From: Dehalococcoidia bacterium
GTDB lineage: Bacteria > Chloroflexota > Dehalococcoidia > Dehalococcoidales > Fen-1064
Assembly (NCBI GenBank): GCA_011170375.1
Contig: DUEV01000005.1
Location: forward strand, 42,231-106,230
Reading direction: 5' to 3'
Length of the DNA: 64,000 nucleotides
Notes under the pieces: model-generated
The model's input: the letters and a program-made list of their open reading frames with translations, nothing else
What the model was told of the DNA's origin: nothing
Databases searched by the model: none
Shown here: positions 57,959 through 64,000 of the stretch, piece after piece
Layout: each line of letters begins with the position of its first letter
Position numbering within the stretch: the stretch's first letter is position 1
Position numbers and translations under genes: made by a program

Positions 57959-58930
57959 ATGCTACAATTCGTTACACGGAGGACTGCATTGCGGGTTGTT
58001 TTCATGGGAACTCCCGAGTTTGGCATTGCTGCCTTGGAGCAGCTTGTCAACAACGAGTACGAGGTGGCGGCTGTCTATACGCATCCTGACAGTGTCGCCG
58101 GGAGGGGACGCTCTCAAGCCCCACCCCCGGTGAAGAGGACCTCCCTGACGTATGGCCTGCCTGTCATGCAGCCGGTAAAGCTCGGGGTTACCGAGGTTAT
58201 TGCTGAAATCGCCCGACTGCGGCCAGATATAATCGTTGTGGCTGCTTATGCGCAGAAACTGCCGAAGGCGGTTCTGGATATCCCCATATTCGGGTGTGTC
58301 AATATTCACCCCTCTCTGCTGCCGCAGCACCGGGGGGTCTCACCAGTACCAGCGGCGATACTGAGCGGCGATAGCTTTACCGGCGTCAGTGTCATGCTGA
58401 TGGACGAGGGTTGGGACACCGGCCCGGTGCTGAGCCGGGCGCAGGTTCCCATCTTGAAGAGGGATACCACTGGTTCGCTCATGGGCAAGCTGTCGCTTAT
58501 CGGTGCCCAGCTGCTTCTCGATGTGCTGCCGCAACTGGTAGGGGGAAAACGCGTCCCCCAGCCCCAGGACGAGGAGAACGCGACCTACAGCGGTCTTATC
58601 CGTAAAGAAGACGGAGAGATTGATTGGCATCAGTCGGCGGTGGACATCTGGCGGCAGGTACGGGCCTACCAACCGTGGCCCGGGTGCTATACCCGGTGGA
58701 GAGGTCGGCAGTTAAAAATTCTCGAGGCGGTGCCTCTGGATGAACATTCGACCGGTGAGGTGGGGCAGGTGGTGACACCGGGCAGGAGGGATGTGGCTTT
58801 CGTTGTCTCTAGCGGAGATGGAACGTTGGGTGTGCTGGAAGTGCAGCTTGAGGGAAAGAGGGCCATGCCTGCCGCTGAGTTCCTGAGGGGGCAGCGAGAC
58901 TGGGCTGGCATGGTGCTGCCGTCGAAATAG
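57959..58930 (+). CDS. fmt: methionyl-tRNA formyltransferase
   Basis: VVFMGTPEFG, NIHPSLLPQHRG. The track start is GTG 57950. ATG 57959 (SD GGGAGG) and TTG 57989 (SD GGAGG, giving MRVVFMGTPEFG) are both plausible starts. Confidence 0.93.
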   Translation: MLQFVTRRTALRVVFMGTPEFGIAALEQLVNNEYEVAAVYTHPDSVAGRGRSQAPPPVKRTSLTYGLPVMQPVKLGVTEVIAEIARLRPDIIVVAAYAQKLPKAVLDIPIFGCVNIHPSLLPQHRGVSPVPAAILSGDSFTGVSVMLMDEGWDTGPVLSRAQVPILKRDTTGSLMGKLSLIGAQLLLDVLPQLVGGKRVPQPQDEENATYSGLIRKEDGEIDWHQSAVDIWRQVRAYQPWPGCYTRWRGRQLKILEAVPLDEHSTGEVGQVVTPGRRDVAFVVSSGDGTLGVLEVQLEGKRAMPAAEFLRGQRDWAGMVLPSK

Positions 58931-58950
58931 AGGGTATAGGGAGAGCAATT

Positions 58951-59727
58951 TTGGCTGAAAACATAGATGAGTTTAAGACCCTGACGGATATTGTTGCTAA
59001 ATTGCGGGCGCCTGACGGCTGCCCCTGGGACCGGCAGCAGACCCATCAGTCCTTGCGGGCAACCTTTCTACAGGAGTGCTACGAGGTGCTGGAGGCCCTG
59101 GATTCTGGAGACACAGTGGCGCTTTGTGAGGAACTGGGTGACCTGATGCTACACATTGTCCTCCAGGCGCAGATTGCCGCCGAGGACGGAGAGTTTACCA
59201 TAGGAGACTCGCTACGTAGTATCAGCGAGAAGCTGGTTTTTCGGCATCCCCATGTCTTCGGCTCCACAGAGGTTGAGAGTGCCGAAGAGGTGACGCACAA
59301 CTGGGCGCAGCTGAAGCAGGCGGAGAAAGGAATGGACGAATCAATGCTGGCCGGTGTGCCTAAAGAAATGCCGGCCCTGGGTTATAGCCAGGAGATACAG
59401 GATAGGGTGGCGAGGGTCGGCTTCGACTGGGAAGAGGATGAAGGGGTTATTGGTAAGCTGGCTAAGGAGGTCGATGAGTTCCGCAAGACGGAAAGCCACC
59501 AGCGTCGGGCGGAAGAGTTTGGCGACATGCTCTTTACTTTGGTCAATATTGCCCGCCGGCTGGACATAGACCTTGAAGTGGCCCTGCGGGAGGCCAACCA
59601 GCGTTTCTACCGACGCTTTGCTCACATGGAGGAAGCCTGCCGCCAGCGCGGTGTCAACATCGGGGACCTCTCCTTCGACGAGCAAAACGCCCTCTGGGAG
59701 GAGGCCAAGCGGGAGGTTGGGGAGTAG
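58951..59727 (+). CDS. mazG: nucleoside triphosphate pyrophosphohydrolase MazG
   Basis: Two MazG domains: CPWDRQQTH...ECYEVLEA, RHPHVF, and EExGDxLF twice. Confidence 0.9.
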   Translation: MAENIDEFKTLTDIVAKLRAPDGCPWDRQQTHQSLRATFLQECYEVLEALDSGDTVALCEELGDLMLHIVLQAQIAAEDGEFTIGDSLRSISEKLVFRHPHVFGSTEVESAEEVTHNWAQLKQAEKGMDESMLAGVPKEMPALGYSQEIQDRVARVGFDWEEDEGVIGKLAKEVDEFRKTESHQRRAEEFGDMLFTLVNIARRLDIDLEVALREANQRFYRRFAHMEEACRQRGVNIGDLSFDEQNALWEEAKREVGE

Positions 59728-59760
59728 TGCTGTTTATTGCGTAATGACAGCTTAGTCTTC

Positions 59761-59832
59761 GAGGGGAGTCTAAGAGGGGCAGAGCTCCTCTTTTTTATTT
59801 TCCCCTTCCCCTTATTAAGGGGATGGGGCACC
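59761..59832 (-). repeat. dispersed G4/C4-hairpin element, copy C (inverted relative to A and B)
   Basis: The reverse complement reads GGTGCCCCATCCCCTTAATAAGGGGAAGGGGAAAATAAAAAAGAGGAGCTCTGCCCCTCTTAGACTCCCCTC. It is collinear with copy A except for the missing CCCCTTCCCCAG arm. Confidence 0.8.
59772..59800 (+). terminator. intrinsic terminator of mazG (AAGAGGGGC-aga-GCTCCTCTT followed by TTTTATTTT), embedded in repeat copy C
   Basis: 9-bp stem with one G-U pair and a 3-nt loop, followed by a T-run. 45 nt after the mazG stop. Confidence 0.6.
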
Positions 59833-59905
59833 TCTAAAAAGAGATGAATATAGTGAACCAGTATGCTAATATAGGCTGTCTGGTGGGCATGAAAAGTGAT
59901 TGTAA

Positions 59906-59982
59906 TGGTCGGGGCGGGCGGACTCGAACCGCCGACCTCAGCGTCCCGAACACTGCGCGCTAACCTACTGCGCTACGCCCCG
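59906..59982 (-). tRNA. tRNA-Pro (anticodon CGG), CCA encoded
   Basis: The reverse complement folds as CGGGGCG-TA-GCGC-AGTAGGTTA-GCGC-G-CAGTG-TTCGGGA-CGCTG-AGGTC-GGCGG-TTCGAGT-CCGCC-CGCCCCG-A-CCA. That is 77 nt with all four stems paired, U33 and a purine at position 37. Confidence 0.92.
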
Positions 59983-60029
59983 GCAATCCATATTATAGGT
60001 GGATTTGACCTGTTGAGCAAGGAAGACTG

Positions 60030-61229
60030 ATGAAATACGTTGTTCTGATAATGGATGGTGCCGCCGGTCTGCCCCTGCCCGAGCATGGCGGCAAGACCAG
60101 TCTGGAGCTGGCGGAGACGCCTAACCTGGACGCGATGGCACCGGAAGGCACCCTGGGGCTGGTACGTACTGTGCCGGAGGGGATGGAGGCTTCCAGTGCA
60201 TGCGCCTGCATGTCGCTAATCGGCTATGACCCGGTGCAGTACTATCAGGGCCGGGCTGCTATCGAGGCCACGAGCATGGGAATACCTATTGTTGAAGGGG
60301 AGGTCGTTTTCCGTTGCAACTTGGTAGCGGTTCGTGATGGCCGGATGTGGGACTACAGCGCCGGACACATTGGTAGTGACGATGCCCGGATGATTATTGA
60401 AGCGCTCAACGAGAAACTCGGTAGTGAGGAAGTGAGTTTCTATCCGGGGGTCAGCTACCGTCACATCTGTAAGCTGAAGGAACATGAGGAGACGCTCGGA
60501 GCGACCTGCACCCCGCCCCACGATATACCGGACAGGCCCATAGATGATTTTCTCCCCAAAGGCCCTGGTAATGACTTCTTAAAGAAGCTGATGCTGGCCT
60601 CACAGGAGGTGCTCCGCGAGCATCCGGTGAATGTGGCGCGGAGGGCAGCTGGTGAAGTCCCGGCCACGATGCTCTGGCTTTTCTGGGGGAGCAGCCAGCC
60701 GAGGGAGATGCCCACCTTCGGTCAGGTATACGGGCTGAAGGCGGCTATGACTTCGGGGGTTGACCTGCTTAAGGGTTTGGCACGCATGGCGGAAATTGAC
60801 GTGCTGGACATTTCGGGCATGACCGATGGTCTGGACAATGACTACTCAGCCCAGGCAGCTGGTACCCTCAAGGCTCTTGACAACCACGACTTGGTGATTG
60901 TACATGTTGAGGCCCCGGATGAGGCCGCCCACTCCGGCTCGGTTACAGAAAAGGTAGACGCCATCCAGAAGATAGATAGGAGGATGATCGGTCAGCTTCG
61001 TGCCTGGAAGCAGGATGACCTGCGGCTGCTGGTCCTGCCCGACCACCCTACACCAATCGTTACCCGGACGCATAGCGGCGCCCCGGTGCCCTTTATGCTG
61101 TGGGGTAAAGGGTTTACCGGCAACGGGGCGAAGAGGTTCACCGAGGTGGAGGCAGGTAAAACAGGTTTGCTCATTGACCCCGGATATAATATTATGAATT
61201 GGCTGGTCAGGCGTGGTTTAGTTGGCTAA
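60030..61229 (+). CDS. cofactor-independent phosphoglycerate mutase homologue (archaeal ApgM type; possible homoserine-kinase substitute)
   Basis: [15 protein letters not shown]...ETPNLDAMA, and the alkaline-phosphatase-superfamily metal ligands ([19 protein letters not shown]). Confidence 0.85.
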   Translation: MKYVVLIMDGAAGLPLPEHGGKTSLELAETPNLDAMAPEGTLGLVRTVPEGMEASSACACMSLIGYDPVQYYQGRAAIEATSMGIPIVEGEVVFRCNLVAVRDGRMWDYSAGHIGSDDARMIIEALNEKLGSEEVSFYPGVSYRHICKLKEHEETLGATCTPPHDIPDRPIDDFLPKGPGNDFLKKLMLASQEVLREHPVNVARRAAGEVPATMLWLFWGSSQPREMPTFGQVYGLKAAMTSGVDLLKGLARMAEIDVLDISGMTDGLDNDYSAQAAGTLKALDNHDLVIVHVEAPDEAAHSGSVTEKVDAIQKIDRRMIGQLRAWKQDDLRLLVLPDHPTPIVTRTHSGAPVPFMLWGKGFTGNGAKRFTEVEAGKTGLLIDPGYNIMNWLVRRGLVG

Positions 61230-61245
61230 CAGAGGTAAGAGAGAA

Positions 61246-62466
61246 GTGGCACTAGTTGTTCAGAAGTATGGTGGTTCATCGGTAGCGGATGCCGATAAAA
61301 TCAAGAATGTCGCCCGGCGTATCGCCGCCACAAGAGACAAGGATAACGACGTTGTGGTGACCGTTTCTGCTATGGGAGACACCACCGACGATCTCCTGGA
61401 ATTGGTTGCTCAGGTTACGTCACATCCCAGTCCGCGGGAAGTTGACGCTCTGCTATCCACCGGAGAACAGCAGTCTATGGCTTTGCTTACGATGGCCATC
61501 CAGCACATGGGATATCCGGCTATCAGCCTTACCGGTGTTCAGGCTGGAATAAAGACTGATACTGCTCACCGACGGGCCAGGATTCTCCAGATAGACCCAA
61601 AACGGATTCGCCGGGAACTGGAGAAGGATAATATCGTTATCGTTGCCGGTTTTCAGGGTATTTCCGAGGGTGAGGATATAACCACACTGGGGAGGGGGGG
61701 CTCAGATACCACTGCGGTGGCTCTGGCTGGTAGTCTCGAGGCGGAGGTCTGCCAGATATATACTGATGTCGAAGGCGTGTACACCGCTGACCCAAGGATT
61801 GTGCCTGAGGCCCGGCGGCTGGATGAGATTGGCTATGATGAGATGCTTGAGCTGGCTGTTCAGGGGGCCAAAGTGATGCATCCACGAGCGGTTGAAGTTG
61901 GGGAGTTGTTCAACATCCCTATTCTGGTAGCCTCCAGCTTCACCGATAGTCCCGGGACACTGATTCACGGAGGGGTATCAATGGAAGTACGTAATAAAGT
62001 AAGAGGAATTGCCCATGACCTTGATGTTGCCAAGGTAACGGTGGTAGGTGTTCCGGACCGTCCGGGTATTGCGGCGGCGATATTCGAACCCCTGGCAGCG
62101 GCCAATATCAGCGTCGATACCATTGTCCAGAACGCCAGCATCGACAATATCACCGACCTGACATTTACGGTATCGAGGGGACAGCTTGAGGAGGTAATGG
62201 AGGTAATCAAGCCAATTACCCAGGAAATTGGTGCCAGGGAGTGTGTTAGTGATGCCACTCTGGGGAAGGTTAGCATCGTTGGCACAGGGATGCAGAATAT
62301 GCCCGGTTTCGCCGCCAGGATGTTCAGCGCCCTCAGTGAAAAGGGTATAAATATTCAGTTGATAGCGACGTCTGAGATAAGGATTACGTGCATCATTGAT
62401 GAGGCTAAGGTCAAGGACGCGGTTCGTGCTCTGCACCGGGCTTTTGAACTGGATGTGGGAGATTAG
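61246..62466 (+). CDS. lysC: aspartate kinase with C-terminal ACT domains
   Basis: [28 protein letters not shown], and two ACT repeats. The GTG at 61246 follows AGAGGTAAGAGAG. The track start TTG 61222 would overlap the upstream gene. Confidence 0.95.
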   Translation: MALVVQKYGGSSVADADKIKNVARRIAATRDKDNDVVVTVSAMGDTTDDLLELVAQVTSHPSPREVDALLSTGEQQSMALLTMAIQHMGYPAISLTGVQAGIKTDTAHRRARILQIDPKRIRRELEKDNIVIVAGFQGISEGEDITTLGRGGSDTTAVALAGSLEAEVCQIYTDVEGVYTADPRIVPEARRLDEIGYDEMLELAVQGAKVMHPRAVEVGELFNIPILVASSFTDSPGTLIHGGVSMEVRNKVRGIAHDLDVAKVTVVGVPDRPGIAAAIFEPLAAANISVDTIVQNASIDNITDLTFTVSRGQLEEVMEVIKPITQEIGARECVSDATLGKVSIVGTGMQNMPGFAARMFSALSEKGINIQLIATSEIRITCIIDEAKVKDAVRALHRAFELDVGD

Positions 62467-62519
62467 GCTTATTTCAGGCAGAGTGGTTGGGCTCCGCTAA
62501 AATTCATCCTTCGGGGCTA

Positions 62520-62548
62520 TTGACTTGTTGTCTCGTTTTCGCTAATGT
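62520..62548 (+). promoter_or_regulatory. candidate promoter: TTGACT (62520-62525), 17-nt spacer, TAATGT (62543-62548)
   Basis: Read directly from the sequence. Upstream of the TPR protein gene. Confidence 0.35.
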
Positions 62549-62576
62549 ATGTTGAAATTCTTGGGGTGGAGGAAGG

Positions 62577-63389
62577 ATGATGTCGTACCAGGAAGCGGAA
62601 TGGTCGAAGTTGAGACGGCAGTCAACCAAGCAAGCGATAGCTCTGGCTATGCAAGGGGGGTGGAGAGAAGCGATTGCCGTTAACCAGAGCATACTTGAGA
62701 TGTTCCCCGAGGATGTAGAGGCCTTGAATCGCCTTGGCCGGGCATATCTGGAGCTGGGCGAATATAAGGAGGCGGAGGCAGCCTACCGCCGCAGTACGGA
62801 AATCGACCCTTACAATGCCATTGCCATGAAGAACCTACAGCGGCTGTCTTATCTCAGGGAAGTAGCTGGTGTGGCTGAGAGTGGCGCTGACCGACTTGAG
62901 CCGCAGGCCTTCATCGAGGAGGTAGGCAAGACGGGAGTTGTCCATCTGGTTGACCTCGCGCCTCCGGAGGTATTGGCCAGGGTGGTGGCCGGTGACAGAG
63001 TGCAGTTGCAGATTGAGGGTACCGGCCTGGTAGCGGAGAACAGTCGCGGTGACTACTTAGGCCGCGTCGAGCCTGAACAGGGACAACGACTTGCCAGATT
63101 GATGGCGGGGGGCAACCGGTATTCGGCAGCCATTGTCAGTTTGGCTGAGGGTACAGTCAGCGTTATCGTCAGGGAGGTGTATCGAGACCCCAGCCAGGCA
63201 GGGCGGCCTTCCTTCCCGTCCAAGGGGGTAGGTGTTCCCCGGCCTGATTTCGGTGAAAGGGCTATCAGGCGCGAACTGGCGGAGGAAATGAGTAGCGACC
63301 CCGGTTATACTGTAGTTGGTGGTGAGGAGGAGGAAGTACTCATTGACGAGTCTCCGGACGACGAATTTGAGGCTAGCGAAGAAGAATAG
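62577..63389 (+). CDS. TPR-repeat protein with acidic C-terminus
   Basis: TPR-like [50 protein letters not shown]. Strong SD GGTGGAGGAAGG. Confidence 0.5.
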   Translation: MMSYQEAEWSKLRRQSTKQAIALAMQGGWREAIAVNQSILEMFPEDVEALNRLGRAYLELGEYKEAEAAYRRSTEIDPYNAIAMKNLQRLSYLREVAGVAESGADRLEPQAFIEEVGKTGVVHLVDLAPPEVLARVVAGDRVQLQIEGTGLVAENSRGDYLGRVEPEQGQRLARLMAGGNRYSAAIVSLAEGTVSVIVREVYRDPSQAGRPSFPSKGVGVPRPDFGERAIRRELAEEMSSDPGYTVVGGEEEEVLIDESPDDEFEASEEE

Positions 63390-63412
63390 GAGAGTGTGCA
63401 GGAATGGTTCTG

Positions 63413-64000
63413 GGGAAGATTAAACCAGTCAGCATCGAAGAAGAGATGCGGAACTCGTATCTCGACTACGCGATGAGTGTTATCGTTCAGCGTGCCTTAC
63501 CGGATGTTCGGGACGGGCTGAAGCCGGTGCAGCGCCGCATTCTTTATGCTATGGACGAGATGGGTATTACTTCAACTAGTGCCTATAAGAAGAGTGCCCG
63601 TATTGTTGGCGAGGTGCTGGGCAAATACCATCCGCACGGTGACAGTCCCGTCTATGATGCCATGGTGCGTATGGCGCAGGACTTCTCAATGCGGGCGGTG
63701 CTCATAGATGGGCAGGGCAATTTCGGTAGCATTGATAACGACCCACCAGCGGCAATGCGTTATACCGAGGCCCGGTTGACATCGATCGCTGAGCAGATGC
63801 TGGTTGATATCGACAAGAATACGGTCGATTTCACGCCAAACTTTGATGAAAGTCTTCAGGAGCCGCTAGTTTTACCGGCACGAGTGCCTAATCTGCTGGT
63901 CAACGGTAGTTCCGGAATTGCCGTTGGCATGGCGACTAACATTCCTCCCCACAACCTGGCTGAGGTGTGTGATGCCCTCATTTTTCTGATTGATAATCCC
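63413..64000 (+). CDS. gyrA: DNA gyrase subunit A (5' part; continues beyond the window)
   Basis: My own translation from ATG 63413 reads [50 protein letters not shown]...[10 protein letters not shown], which includes the catalytic Tyr. It is absent from the ORF track because no stop codon falls within the window. Confidence 0.95.

Overview
This is a gene-dense stretch of bacterial chromosome with about 60 protein genes and one tRNA. I saw no rRNA, no CRISPR array, and no transposase, integrase or phage genes. All product calls come from motif recognition in the supplied translations; no database search was run. Most genes are housekeeping: mutM, gltX, rluD, lspA, recN, dinB, rplY, ilvE, plsY, rpsT, relA/spoT, hisS, rsgA, fmt, mazG and lysC. 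The window also holds the replication-initiation neighbourhood: gyrB, then nadD-obg-dnaA on the minus strand, then fmt-mazG ... gyrA on the plus strand. The strand switch falls at 57547-57949, which makes that spacer a candidate oriC. Other modules are an ABC-2 exporter (ATPase plus two permeases), a Trk/Ktr potassium-uptake cluster with three RCK proteins and a USP, comEA-comEC, an orphan pilin and an orphan pilT, four class-I SAM methyltransferases, a double-GNAT protein, a tandem pair of PAC2-family genes, a QueG-like Fe-S protein, and a PurO-like / hot-dog / methyltransferase cluster. Frequent GTG/TTG starts, tight or overlapping gene junctions and the gene content suggest a compact anaerobe genome, possibly Chloroflexota/Dehalococcoidia, but that is only an inference. 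I found no convincing new multi-gene defence, secretion or mobile system. The observations most worth a second look are: (1) an in-frame TAG at codon 10 of comEC, just downstream of a strong SD+GTG start; (2) a dispersed 75-90 bp G4/C4-hairpin element present at three loci, one of them a 690-bp non-coding block with nested copies; (3) two sharply AT-rich genes (DUF1846/UPF0371 and pilT) in a GC-rich background; (4) the translationally coupled PAC2 pair; (5) an ApgM-like gene next to aspartate kinase; (6) dnaA spacers with no canonical DnaA box visible by eye; (7) structured long leaders upstream of rsgA and trkA.
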